Shown: positions 20,498-30,800 of the stretch, piece by piece
How the letters are laid out: each line of letters starts with the position of its first letter
Numbering within the stretch: the first letter of the stretch is position 1
Assembly (NCBI GenBank): GCA_964589485.1
Contig: CAZPRK010000002.1
Location: forward strand, 49,825-113,824
DNA length: 64,000 bases
Source: an uncultured Methanosarcinales archaeon
Lineage (GTDB): Archaea > Nanobdellota > Nanobdellia > Woesearchaeales > CAYSVS01
Reading direction: 5' to 3'
Made by a program: the position numbers and the translations under genes
Notes under the pieces: generated by a model
What the model was told of the DNA's origin: nothing
The model's database searches: none
Seen by the model: the letters and a program-made list of their open reading frames with translations, nothing else

Positions 20498-21157
20498 ATG
20501 GAAGAAAAATTTGATTTTAAGGCTGCAAGCAGTTATCATAAAGAATGGAGTACTTATGTGTTTGATATTATAGGCAATCCACTTGCTGTATTTTTGGTAA
20601 AATATACTAAAATAAGTGCAAATCAAACTTCAATTCTTTCATTTATATTTGCTTTAATTGGAGGTTTTTTTCTTTTTAAGGGAGGATATCAAAATCAAGT
20701 TATAGGTGGATTATTTGCATTTTTATATAATTTATTTGATATGATTGATGGAAGAATTGCTAGAGCAAGGCGTGAAACTTCTTTATATGGGAAATGGTTA
20801 GATGCAATGATTGACTTTTTTGTATTTCCTTATTTAATATTTACATTAGCGTATGGAATGCAAACATATTTAGCTGCAGTGATAGGTATGTTGGCAATTG
20901 TTAGTTATCAAACGCATTATTTAATTGTACATTTTTACAAGTCGGAAATTCAAGGGAATAATAAAAATATTCATATAAATGGAAAATTTGAATGGTTAAG
21001 GTATGTATATGGTTCAAATTTTTTTTATTTGTTTTTACCTATTGCTTTAATTTTAAATCATCCAATGTATGTATTATTATTTTGGGCAATATTTGGTAAT
21101 TTGTATTGGTTTGTAATTATTTTTGTTCAACATCTTAATATGAGAACTGAAAAATGA
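20498..21157 (+). CDS. CDP-alcohol phosphatidyltransferase family membrane protein
   Basis: DMIDGRIARARRETSLYGKWLDAMID matches D-G-x2-A-R-x8-G-x3-D-x3-D. Multi-TM, 219 aa. Confidence 0.8.
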   Translation: MEEKFDFKAASSYHKEWSTYVFDIIGNPLAVFLVKYTKISANQTSILSFIFALIGGFFLFKGGYQNQVIGGLFAFLYNLFDMIDGRIARARRETSLYGKWLDAMIDFFVFPYLIFTLAYGMQTYLAAVIGMLAIVSYQTHYLIVHFYKSEIQGNNKNIHINGKFEWLRYVYGSNFFYLFLPIALILNHPMYVLLFWAIFGNLYWFVIIFVQHLNMRTEK

Positions 21158-22152
21158 AAATATATTTTAATCTTGATTTAGATCCAAGAAAATTTGAAGG
21201 TCGAACTAAACTTTCAGTAGGATTAAGGGATTTTTTAATGCAAAATGGTCATGACATAACTAATAATCCAAATGAAGCTGATATTTTACATTTTCATAGT
21301 AGTGGGGTATTTGAATCTTATCGTGCATATAAATTAAAGAAACAGTTAAATAAACCTTGTATTTATACTTTATATTCAACAGCTGAAACTCATCCTATTA
21401 ATCATATTATTAATTTTTATGATCAAAGAAAATATTTTTCAAAAACTGCAACTAATGGATTATTAAGTTATTCTGCAATAATTCCTTTAAAATTTAGAAG
21501 TATTTTTTTAAAAAAGTTAGATAAATTAGTTGTTCCGTTAAATTATATGAAACAAAAATTGTTTTCAAATACAGAAGTAATTTCTTTTGGGGTTGATGTG
21601 AATAAATTCATTCCTAGTAAAAATGAAAATAAAAAGGTTAAGGTAGCTTATTTTGGTCATCCTAGTACATTTAAAGGAATGAATGATTTTATTGAAGCAT
21701 CTAAACATTTTTCAGAAGAAGTTGACATTGAATTATATCCAAGTGTTGTAAATGAAAAATTAAAAGCATTAGTTGCAACTAACCCAAGAATTAAGTTAAT
21801 GGGTTATGTGGAGGACATAGTGGCAGTTTACAATTCAGTTGACATTGTTGTTTTGCCATATAGAATGTCATTAGGAACAGTAGCTAATCCGTTAGTGTTG
21901 TTGGAAGCAATGTCTTCAGGGAAATGCATAATAACAACTAATTTGAAAGAATATACTGAGATAGTACAAGATTCTTGTTATTTAGTTGATCCTTTTTCAC
22001 CAAAACAAATTGCAGATGCTGTAAATAGTTTAGCAAAAGATGAAAGTTTAAGAAAAAAGTTAGGTGAAAATGCAAGACAAAGAATTGTAAACAGTTATGA
22101 TGAAAATGTTATGTTTAAGAAATATTTACAGTTATATGAAAGTTTAAAGTAA
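21154..22152 (+). CDS. GT4 (group 1) glycosyltransferase
   Basis: ANPLVLLEAMSSGKCIITT matches the GT4 E-x7-E / EAM motif; 332 aa. Confidence 0.75.
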   Translation: MKIYFNLDLDPRKFEGRTKLSVGLRDFLMQNGHDITNNPNEADILHFHSSGVFESYRAYKLKKQLNKPCIYTLYSTAETHPINHIINFYDQRKYFSKTATNGLLSYSAIIPLKFRSIFLKKLDKLVVPLNYMKQKLFSNTEVISFGVDVNKFIPSKNENKKVKVAYFGHPSTFKGMNDFIEASKHFSEEVDIELYPSVVNEKLKALVATNPRIKLMGYVEDIVAVYNSVDIVVLPYRMSLGTVANPLVLLEAMSSGKCIITTNLKEYTEIVQDSCYLVDPFSPKQIADAVNSLAKDESLRKKLGENARQRIVNSYDENVMFKKYLQLYESLK

Positions 22153-23439
22153 TTTTTTCCAAATTTTATTTAATACATTTTTAGTTGTATTTTCTAAAGT
22201 ATTGTTTGTGTTAATTACCTCACAATTAAGTAATTTGCTTAATTTAATGTATCTTTGTTTTTGTTCTAATAAATATACCTTTGGAGCTACTTCTCTTTCT
22301 TTTGTTTCTTTTTCATAAATTCTTTGTCCTTTGTCTCTTGTCATTAAAGCTTCAATATCAGCATCTAAAACAAAAACTTTATCTGGACTTGGAAATAAGT
22401 AGATTAATATTTTTAAAATAAAACTTTTATCCGCATTAGAATATTGTCCGTAATTATCATAATAATATCTATCAGTAATAATAATTTCACCTTTTCTTAA
22501 TTTAGGATATATTTCAAATACGTATCTTGCTAAGTATTCAAAAAATGTGTAAACATAAATTAGATTTTTAATTATGTTTGATTGTTGTTTTTGTTCTTTT
22601 TCCTTAAATAACTTAGTTCCTTTTTTCTTAAGGTTTTTCGAAATAATTTTTGTTACAGACAAATAAGGTTTCCAACCAAAGTAATAAGCATTAATGTTAA
22701 CTCCCTTGAATTTTGCTAAATCTTCTAATGATTTAATTAAATTTTTACTTAAACTACTTTTGCCACTTCCATTTACTCCGTTTAAAGTTATTAAAAAACC
22801 TTTTCTAGATGGATTTAATTTTCTTAAAATGGATTTAATTATTTTTAATATTAAGTAAATAAAATTAAATACGTTTAACCTTGAAAAAAGTGCTCTTATT
22901 ATACTTAGCTTACTTATTTTATCTAAATTTTTTAAAACTTCATAGAACGGTTTTTTCCATTTATATTTTGTTAATTTTTGATTAATGAAATTCCAGTTTA
23001 AGTCATTAGTATTAATTTTGTTAATTAAATCTTTATGGAATGGTTTTATTTTATAGTTTTCAAATAATGCATGAGCAACATGAATTATTAATGAATTTTC
23101 TTTAGACGGGATGTGGTTTTTCATATTTTCAAAAACATCTTTTTTATCTATAGCTATAACGCCATGCCATGCAATTTCTCTATGTAAATGTATTGCTGTA
23201 ACTTCATTTGTCAGGTTAACATACATTCTTTTGTATTTTTCAATGTTTTCATCCATATATAATTTAAAATTTAATTCTTCTAAAATTATTGATGCTTTAT
23301 TATAATCTTGTGTTGTTTCAAAAAGAATATCTAGGTTTTTATTTTCTCCATTAAATATATGTTCACATTTGAATAGAATATATTTTAATTTATGTTTATT
23401 AAAAACATCTATTACTTTTTTAATATTATTGGGCGTCAT
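22144..23439 (-). CDS. Fusion protein: putative nucleotidyltransferase-like N-domain + thymidylate-kinase-like P-loop domain (paralog of 5455-6711)
   Basis: Walker A LNGVNGSGKSS; IIITDRYYYDNYGQ (DRY motif). The N-terminal KYILFKCEHIF...NLDILFE parallels its paralog. Confidence 0.5.
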   Translation of the reverse strand: MTPNNIKKVIDVFNKHKLKYILFKCEHIFNGENKNLDILFETTQDYNKASIILEELNFKLYMDENIEKYKRMYVNLTNEVTAIHLHREIAWHGVIAIDKKDVFENMKNHIPSKENSLIIHVAHALFENYKIKPFHKDLINKINTNDLNWNFINQKLTKYKWKKPFYEVLKNLDKISKLSIIRALFSRLNVFNFIYLILKIIKSILRKLNPSRKGFLITLNGVNGSGKSSLSKNLIKSLEDLAKFKGVNINAYYFGWKPYLSVTKIISKNLKKKGTKLFKEKEQKQQSNIIKNLIYVYTFFEYLARYVFEIYPKLRKGEIIITDRYYYDNYGQYSNADKSFILKILIYLFPSPDKVFVLDADIEALMTRDKGQRIYEKETKEREVAPKVYLLEQKQRYIKLSKLLNCEVINTNNTLENTTKNVLNKIWKKLL

Positions 23440-24625
23440 TGTATATTTTAATTAGTTTTTGTATTACTTTTTCTTCAGTATATTCTTTACTTTCTTCAAT
23501 TCCTTTTGTAACATATTTAGGGATGTTATTTGATGCTTCTATAATTTTTTTATGTAATTCTTTATAATTTCCTGGTTCAAAAGTTAATTGTGTTTGTGAA
23601 GTTTCTTTTATTCCTGCAATATCTGAGGCAATAACTACAGTTCCAGAAGACATCCCTTCAACACTTATTCTTCCGAAAGGTTCAGGCCATATACTTGGAA
23701 AAACTACAATGTCATGGTTGTTATATATTTCTTTAATTTGGTTATAATTTACTTTTCCATTAATATTTACATTCATTTCTTTTGACATTTGAATTAATTC
23801 TTCCTTTAATGGACCTTCGCCATATAAATTACATTCATAGTTTTGTAAACCACCTAAAGCTTTAATTAAAATTTGAGGTCCTTTAAATTTATTATAAGAT
23901 CCTAAATATAAAATTCTTAATTTTTTACTTCTAGTTTTAGTTTTGCTAAATGGGTTTATAATGTTAGGTAAAACTTTTCCTTTTTTTGAATATCTTTGAA
24001 TTACATTATTTACATAAGTACTTATTGCTATAGGTTTTACGTAATTCATTGATCTTCTTAATCTTAAATGATGTGAAAATAGATATATCCAAAATAAAGG
24101 ATTGTATTTCAAATAAAATTTATTTTTCATTTTTCCCAATTCATCACTTTTTATAAAACATTGGATGAACCTTGAAAAATTACAATAAAATTTACATTCA
24201 GTTTTTCCTTTATACAATAAATCTCCTTTAGGACATAATGTAATATAGCTTTCAATTGTAGCAAAAATTTTCCCAGAATAATATTTTTTAATATCTTTTG
24301 CAGCTAATATTGTATTACCTGTAAGATGTACAATGTCGGGATTAAGTTCATTAATTGTTTCTTTTAACTTCTTTTTTAATGAAAAAGGGAATATTAAACT
24401 TCTAAACATATTTCCAAATAAAGATTCTACATTTTGAGAAGTTTCAAATTTTCTTATAACTTTTACATTGTTTATAGTTTCATCTTTTTGATCAAAACAA
24501 GAGGTCAGTAAATATACCTCATTATTTTTAGCTAGAGCTTCTGCTATTAACTTAATATTGATTTCACCGCCACCTTTAATTATGGGATGATAAAACTCAC
24601 TGGCTATTAATATTTTCATTTTCAT
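23426..24625 (-). CDS. GT4 (group 1) glycosyltransferase
   Basis: WPEPFGRISVEGMSSGTVVIAS matches the GT4 E-x7-E motif; 399 aa. Confidence 0.75.
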   Translation of the reverse strand: MKMKILIASEFYHPIIKGGGEINIKLIAEALAKNNEVYLLTSCFDQKDETINNVKVIRKFETSQNVESLFGNMFRSLIFPFSLKKKLKETINELNPDIVHLTGNTILAAKDIKKYYSGKIFATIESYITLCPKGDLLYKGKTECKFYCNFSRFIQCFIKSDELGKMKNKFYLKYNPLFWIYLFSHHLRLRRSMNYVKPIAISTYVNNVIQRYSKKGKVLPNIINPFSKTKTRSKKLRILYLGSYNKFKGPQILIKALGGLQNYECNLYGEGPLKEELIQMSKEMNVNINGKVNYNQIKEIYNNHDIVVFPSIWPEPFGRISVEGMSSGTVVIASDIAGIKETSQTQLTFEPGNYKELHKKIIEASNNIPKYVTKGIEESKEYTEEKVIQKLIKIYNDAQ

Positions 24626-24697
24626 TAAAGGTTGTATTTAATTTATAAAAGTTTCCCAATAATAAATTTTATAAATATCTTTAGGTATGCAATAAAA

Positions 24698-25369
24698 ATG
24701 GGTAGGGAAAATTATCAAATTTGTTCTTTGGTGCTTAATGCTCAAGAAATTGGTGCAAATAGAACTCCAATAAATCATGATGTTTTTGTTCATATTGATT
24801 TTGGATATGATAACGAACCAGTTTATTTGGAAAGAATTAAGCAAGCTTACAAAACAAGTGAAAACCCTATATTGTTACATTTTGATGATTCTAATTTTTC
24901 TAAATTTAACGGAGTAGAAACAATTAGACATAAAAAAGGTGCAACTGGTTATTTGAATAATTCTAATCTTGGATTATTTTTTGAAAAAACAAAAGGATTG
25001 CATCAAGGTGATTCTTTTAGAATTCATGGAGCTGCATTTGGAATGTGTCCTACTAATTTCATAATTGGACTTGCAGGTGCAATTAATTTTGGAGTGAATA
25101 TGTTTGATTTATATATGGATGAAACTAAAAAACGTGTAATTTCGGATTTAGAGTATGAATTAAATTATGGTGGAGTATTGTTAGATTCTAATTTTAGATT
25201 AGGTATAATGAATGATTCTGGGAATGCTTTGGCCGTTATTTCAGATTATTTTGATAGGTATGGCGAGAATATTCCTTTTTTTAAGTCAACAAGTATCGTT
25301 ACTGATGGAAATACTAAACTTTTTTCAAAAACTAAATTAAATAAAAAATTCATTAAATTTCTAAACTAA
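24698..25369 (+). CDS. Hypothetical protein with weak tRNA-guanine transglycosylase (TGT)-like motif
   Basis: IHGAAFGMCPTNFIIGLAGAINFGVNMFD resembles the TGT hGxGxP...GVDMFD barrel segment. I chose the start at the internal Met (MGRENYQ) because a TATA-like box, TTTTATAAAT, lies about 25 nt upstream (leaderless-type). The track start is 24632. Confidence 0.3.
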   Translation: MGRENYQICSLVLNAQEIGANRTPINHDVFVHIDFGYDNEPVYLERIKQAYKTSENPILLHFDDSNFSKFNGVETIRHKKGATGYLNNSNLGLFFEKTKGLHQGDSFRIHGAAFGMCPTNFIIGLAGAINFGVNMFDLYMDETKKRVISDLEYELNYGGVLLDSNFRLGIMNDSGNALAVISDYFDRYGENIPFFKSTSIVTDGNTKLFSKTKLNKKFIKFLN

Positions 25370-26390
25370 TAATATTATTTTCAACATTTATTTTTTTGTT
25401 TAAGAATAATTCACATGTTTTAATGTTATTTAATGTATGTTCTGTAATTTCTTCAACTTTTATTTTGCCTCCAAATATTGCAAGAAATGGGATTAAATTA
25501 TCAGCTAAATGTTTATCTACAGGACATTTTGATTTAATTATTTTAATAAGTTCATTTGAACATTTATTTCCAATATTTTCTGACTTTATTCCTTTCTTAC
25601 CATTAACATCTGCTCCTAATATTATTGGGTTTCTAAAATCAATTTCGTCATCATATAAACTATGTATTGCGAATAAAGTCATTCCTGAACCCGTACTTGA
25701 AGTATCTTGATATTCTTCAATTAAATTAATAGGATATTTTAATTTAGATAAATTTAATCTTGCAGTTTTACTTTGTCTTTCTGCAACTTTATTTTTTTCT
25801 AAATCTTTAGAAGCATGAGAAATTCCTTTAATTTGAATTAATTTTCCAATGTTAAGTAAATTAATAAATCCTTCAGGTTCTTCTTTAGGTTTAATGATAA
25901 TGTCAACATTACCTTGACCTTTAGGATAATAACCTCTTCTTAATAAAATAATTTCAATTTTTTCAACATATTTTTCTAGATGAGGAGCAAAAACTTCTTT
26001 GAAATATTCAATTGGCATTTGATTTAATCCATGAGTTCCTCCAGTAATGTTTAATGTAATTTTTTTCTTTCCACAAATAATTGGGAGAAGTAAAGATTGC
26101 ATTAATAAAGTAATACTTCCTGCAGTTCCAATGTCAATTTCCAAGTCTTGAGCTTCATAACTTTTAGGATAATATTCTAACTCTAATGATCCTAGACTAT
26201 CTCCTTTAACTTCAGCATTACAAAGTTTTTTTAAAGCATCAATACAAGTAAGATGTTGTGCTTTTAATCCTGGTTTATCTCTATTTTTTCTAATATTAAT
26301 GGCTTTGAAAGGTTTATTAATTAATGTTGATAAGGCTAATGCTGTTCTTATTACTTGTCCTCCACCTTCTTTTCCATCTACAATTAGCAT
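25353..26390 (-). CDS. rtcA: RNA 3'-terminal phosphate cyclase
   Basis: MLIVDGKEGGGQVIRTALALSTL...KPGLKAQHLTCIDALKKL aligns with the RtcA N-terminal signature (DGxxGEGGGQ...RxKPGL..QHL). The track's longer start at 26435 adds 15 aa with no homology support. Confidence 0.85.
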   Translation of the reverse strand: MLIVDGKEGGGQVIRTALALSTLINKPFKAINIRKNRDKPGLKAQHLTCIDALKKLCNAEVKGDSLGSLELEYYPKSYEAQDLEIDIGTAGSITLLMQSLLLPIICGKKKITLNITGGTHGLNQMPIEYFKEVFAPHLEKYVEKIEIILLRRGYYPKGQGNVDIIIKPKEEPEGFINLLNIGKLIQIKGISHASKDLEKNKVAERQSKTARLNLSKLKYPINLIEEYQDTSSTGSGMTLFAIHSLYDDEIDFRNPIILGADVNGKKGIKSENIGNKCSNELIKIIKSKCPVDKHLADNLIPFLAIFGGKIKVEEITEHTLNNIKTCELFLNKKINVENNIISLEI

Positions 26391-26471
26391 GAATTCAGGA
26401 TATTTAAATGATTTAATTAACTTTTGTAAAATCAAAACTATTATAAATGAGTTTTATTAGGGTTTAAGTTA

Positions 26472-27599
26472 ATGAGAAATAAATTATTTTATTCAGCTGT
26501 AGCAACTTTAATAGGGACTACAATGGGTGCAGGAATTCTTGGAATGCCTTATGTAATAGCTAAGTCTGGGTTTTTAACAGGGACTTTATTAATAGTATGT
26601 TTAGGGCTTTTAATGATGGGGCTTAATTTAGCTTTAGGTGAAGTAGTTCTTCGTACTAAAGGAAATCATCAACTTGCAGGGTATGCAGAAAGATATTTGG
26701 GGAAATGGGGGAAGTATTTAATGTCACTTTCTATGGTTATAGGATTATATGGTGCATTAATAGCTTACACTATAGCAGCTGGTCAATCTTTATTTGCGAT
26801 TTTTAACGTGGCAAGTCCTTTAATATTATCTTTAGTTTTTTTTGCTTTCGCAACTGTCGTAATTTATTATGGTATACATGTACTTGAAAAAGTAGAATTT
26901 GTATTTGGAATTATAATGTTAAGTTTTCTTGCAATTATGATTGCAGTTTCTTTAAAGTCTCCTAGTTTTTTAGTAGAAAATTTAATTACATTTAATTTTT
27001 ATAATTTACTTTTTCCTTTTGGAGTAATATTGTTTTCCTTTTTAGGAGCAATAGCTATTCCTGAAATGAAAGAAGAGTTAGCTTTTCATAAAGATCAATT
27101 AAAAAAAGCAATTATTATTGGAACTTTAATTCCATTAGTAACTTATTTTATATTTTCTTTATCTGTAGTTGGAGTTTTTGGCGTTAATACGACTCAAATA
27201 GTTACAATTGGATTTGGTGAATTATTTGGTTCTAATATGATTTTGTTGGCGAATTTGTTTGCATTAATTGCAATGATAACTAGTTTCACAGCTGTAGGAA
27301 TTGCATTATCTGAGTTTTATAATTATGATTGTAAATTTAGTAAATTTTATAGTTTTTTTTTAGTTTCTTTAGTAACTTTAATTTTTATTCTTTCTGGGAT
27401 TACTGACTTTACTAAAACAATAGGGTTTGTAGGAACTTTATCTGGGGGTATAGAAGGAATTCTCATAGTTTTAATGTTTTGGCAAGCACAGAAATTAGGA
27501 GATCGTGTTCCTGAATATACTTTAGGAAGATTTAAAGTACGTGGAGTAGCTTTAATATTAGTTTTCTTTGTTGGAATTTCGTACTTATTTTTTGGATAA
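26472..27599 (+). CDS. Amino-acid permease (aromatic amino acid/Trp-Tyr permease-like, HAAAP/APC type)
   Basis: 375 aa, about 11 TM. N-terminal GTTMGAGILGMPYVIAKSGF is typical of Trp/Tyr permease family transporters. A TATA-like box lies about 27 nt upstream, so the transcript is probably leaderless. Confidence 0.55.
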   Translation: MRNKLFYSAVATLIGTTMGAGILGMPYVIAKSGFLTGTLLIVCLGLLMMGLNLALGEVVLRTKGNHQLAGYAERYLGKWGKYLMSLSMVIGLYGALIAYTIAAGQSLFAIFNVASPLILSLVFFAFATVVIYYGIHVLEKVEFVFGIIMLSFLAIMIAVSLKSPSFLVENLITFNFYNLLFPFGVILFSFLGAIAIPEMKEELAFHKDQLKKAIIIGTLIPLVTYFIFSLSVVGVFGVNTTQIVTIGFGELFGSNMILLANLFALIAMITSFTAVGIALSEFYNYDCKFSKFYSFFLVSLVTLIFILSGITDFTKTIGFVGTLSGGIEGILIVLMFWQAQKLGDRVPEYTLGRFKVRGVALILVFFVGISYLFFG

Positions 27600-27619
27600 T
27601 TTTATATAGCAAATATTTT

Positions 27620-27631
27620 TATTTATAATAA
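27620..27631 (+). promoter_or_regulatory. Candidate archaeal TATA box/BRE for the tRNA gene
   Basis: ATTTATAATAAA lies about 30-40 nt upstream of tRNA position +1. A second TTTATATA is at 27601-27608. Confidence 0.35.
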
Positions 27632-27661
27632 AGTTTGACCAAAACACATTTATCTTACTAT

Positions 27662-27810
27662 GGGGGCATAGTATAACCTGGCTAGAATAGCTGGCTCCAA
27701 ACATGGAGCGATGAGGCTTCGGCCGATGATTAAGCCTTGGGATACACCAGTTGATTCCAATAACTATCGTATTGGAAGCTGAAATCTGGGTTCAAATCCC
27801 AGTGCCCCCA
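27662..27810 (+). tRNA. tRNA-Trp (anticodon CCA) interrupted by two introns: a canonical 37/38 intron (27701-27745, 45 nt) and a second intron in the variable loop (about 27754-27783, 30 nt); the mature tRNA is 74 nt with no encoded CCA
   Basis: Acceptor stem GGGGGCA / UGCCCCC with discriminator A73. T arm CUGGG-UUCAAAU-CCCAG. Anticodon stem GCUGG (27690-94) pairs with CCAGU (27747-51), with loop CUCCAAA (C32 U33 CCA A37 A38). Conserved G18 G19, A14, A21 and an A15:U48 pair are present. Intron 1 forms an hBHBh' motif: bulges AAA and ACA, central helix UCC/GGA, and intron helix CA..GG / CC..UG. Intron 2 forms a relaxed HBh' motif: the 8-bp hairpin UUCCAAUA/UAUUGGAA flanked by helix CAGU/GCUG, with bulges UGA and AAA. 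Confidence 0.6.
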
Positions 27811-27816
27811 TTTTTC
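27811..27816 (+). terminator. Oligo-T archaeal terminator after the tRNA
   Basis: A TTTTT run immediately follows discriminator A73. Confidence 0.4.
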
Positions 27817-27862
27817 GTCACTTATTAGTTACATTTAAATATTACTTTGTTTTCTCTGGTAA

Positions 27863-30800
27863 ATGAATAGTGCTGGAACATTAGATAGAACTTTAACTGA
27901 CGTTATAAGTGAAAATTATAATTCTTTAATTCAAACTACTAAAGATAAAGTAAATAAGGTTGTTAAAACTTATCAAGGTGTTAAAAATAATTTATCTAAA
28001 ACACTTTCTGATGGATTTAAAAAAATAGGTTATCAAACATTAGGTGAACAAGCTCAAACTGCTTTAGGATATAATTCTATCGATGATGTTGAAGATATTA
28101 AAGTAGAACAAAAAAGTTTTTTAGAAAATGTTTGTCAAAGTACAATAAGTCCTATTACTGACTTTTTTCAAATTGGTAGAGTTGCAGGAAATAAAAAAGT
28201 TTTAGTAAATAATGCATTAAGTGCAATTAAAAAATACTCTAAAGAAAGTAATAGAAAAGTAACTGGAAGTGAAGCTGCAGATATAATTGAACAATATACG
28301 GGATCAAGTGAAGTTGCAAAAGAAGCAACTAAACAAATTGTTTCAAGTGAAGATTTTTCTTATGTTGATGATAGTGAAATAAAATCTAAAAATGTTACAA
28401 CTTATGGACCTTTATCTATATACAAAGCAGAAGGTGAAACTAAATTAGCTAAAGTCTTAGACTGGACTAAAAAGAATTTGCTTACAATGGGAAGTGAAAC
28501 TAAAACTTTAACTTTGCCTGCAATATATTCTTCAGGTGGTTTAGGAAGTTTAGGACATTATTTTATAGGAAGAGCTATTGTAGGAGCAGAAGTTGGAACT
28601 GTAGTTGGTGCAGCAAATGGATTAAAAGATAAAGTAAAAGAAAAATGTGGAACAAATAAAGTAACTGAATTTCTTGATCAAAACTTAACTCAATTAGAAA
28701 TGGCTTTATATTTTGCACACATTGGTGACTGGGAATTAGCAGGATTGTCAGCAAGTGGAGCTGTTGCTAACACTGTTGAGAAAAAAACTAAAAATGATTT
28801 ATTAAGTAAACTTGCAGGGTGTATTGCGAAAGGTTCAGAAGTTGTTTCCTATGGGGTTTTTGGATCAAGAGCATTAGATAGTGTATTAGCTGGAAAAGAA
28901 ATACCTTCTGTTGTTGGTAATTTATTTAAATTTTATACTCACGTTTCTAGTGGAGACAACGTTCCAGCTGTCTCCCTAGAAACTGATATTTTAACTAAAA
29001 CTAATATTGATAAAAATGAATTAACGGATGCTAAAGTACAACAAATAAAAGAATTATATGGAATGGCTGAGCCTGTAAAAAGGGAAAGTGTAGTTCCTCA
29101 AGAATTATCTGAAGCAGAAGTAATGCATATTAAACAATTGTATGGTTTGGGTGAAAATGTTAATGCTAAAGTTTCTAATCATAATGAACCTAATCTTCAA
29201 AAAGGTTCTAATCAAGATGGTAATGGAAATAATGACGATCCAGGTTTTATTGAAGTAGATGGTGATAGAGATCATGAATTGAAATTAAAGGAATATGTAT
29301 TAGATTTTAATCAAGCCAAAACTAAAGAAGAATTTTCACAAATCAATATTTCCGCTTTTGATTATTTTGAAAAAAATAGAAAAGTAATGAATGATTCTAT
29401 AGAAAGTAGCTTTATTGATTTTGGAAAAAAAGTTTTTTTAGCTTCTAAACTTGACGAATCTTCTTCTAAATTTAGTCAAGCTTTATTGTTACCAGAAAAT
29501 GTAAATTATTCTCATCTGATTCAAAGTTATGAATCTAATCAAAAATATTTAGAAGATTTATTAAATTCAAGAGATGATTTAGATGAAGATATTAAACAAA
29601 TAACTGATACTTATAATATTTTTAAAGTATTAGAAAATGTTTCTTCTGAGAAGCACCAGTCTTTTATTGAATCTGCTCAATTAATTAATTCATCAAGAAA
29701 TGTTTTAGATAATAAGGGATTTGATAATTTTATGTTTGAATTGTTTCAAGCAGGTGTTTTGGGTAAAGATTGGTTTATGAAAGATTCATTGACAATTAAA
29801 AAATTAAAATATTTTGATGAAATGTTTACTTATTTTGGTGAAGAATTAACTAAATTACCCGAATTAAAAGAGTATTCTGTTTTTTCTGAAACTTATGAAA
29901 AATTACAACAAGTACATAAAATTGTAACTGGAACTAATGTGGCTAATTTACCAGTTGATCAATTGAGTACACCTGAGTATGATTTATTAAATGTGAAACT
30001 TGATCTTGAAAGAATATCTAATAGGTCATTAACTTATTTAAGAAGAGGTATAGATAGTAGTCATGATTTTGTTAGGATTGTATTGTTGCCAAATATTGCT
30101 AATTATGAATTAAATAATTCTGATACTCTTCAAGAAAATATTGAACTTAATATTGCAAAGCTTTATGCTACTGAAGAAATAAAAAGTAAAGTAAAAAGTG
30201 AGTTAGGAGATTTAGATATGCCTATTTCTGAAATTAAAACTAATAGAAATATTTCATTAGATAGGGTATACAAAGAAACTCAACCAATTACTTTGGAAGA
30301 ATTAATAAATAAACGTGCAAATAAACATTTAGGTAATTTAAGTCAAGGGAATTTTTCTTTTTTCTCTAGAGTATATTATAGTTTAAATAAACTTAATCTT
30401 GGTTTAGACAATGCTGAATTAGATAAACTTCATTATGAGTTAAGTGATTTTTTTAATACTGTAATGGATGCTCCTGAATTGTCTAAAGTTAAACCAAAAA
30501 TATCTGGAACTAATGGGGTAATAGATACTGTTGAAGAATATGCTGAATCTATTAAAGCAATAGAGGACGTAACTCATGAAGTTCATAAGCATAGTAAAAG
30601 TTTTACAAATTTAGCAAAAGATACAATTTTTTCAACTAATCTAGGACAATTAAGTTTATTTGGAAATTTATTAGGAATACCAAACACGTTTGAATTATTA
30701 AAAGGGTTAAGGACAGTAAGAAATTTTGAAAGAAATGATTATGATCCTATTAAGACTGTGAAATCTGTATTAATAGATGATCCGATAAGAAGTGCTCAAG

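Noticed and set aside
27701-27783. Box C/D sRNA embedded in the tRNA-Trp intron (as in Haloferax pre-tRNA-Trp), suggested by GAUGAG, CGAUGAU, UUGA and CUGA strings
   Set aside because: No proper RUGAUGA box C is present. The only guide-target pairing I could build against the anticodon loop is 5 bp, and the first intron is only 45 nt. The CUGA also lies in the second intron. This is most likely coincidental in AT-rich sequence.
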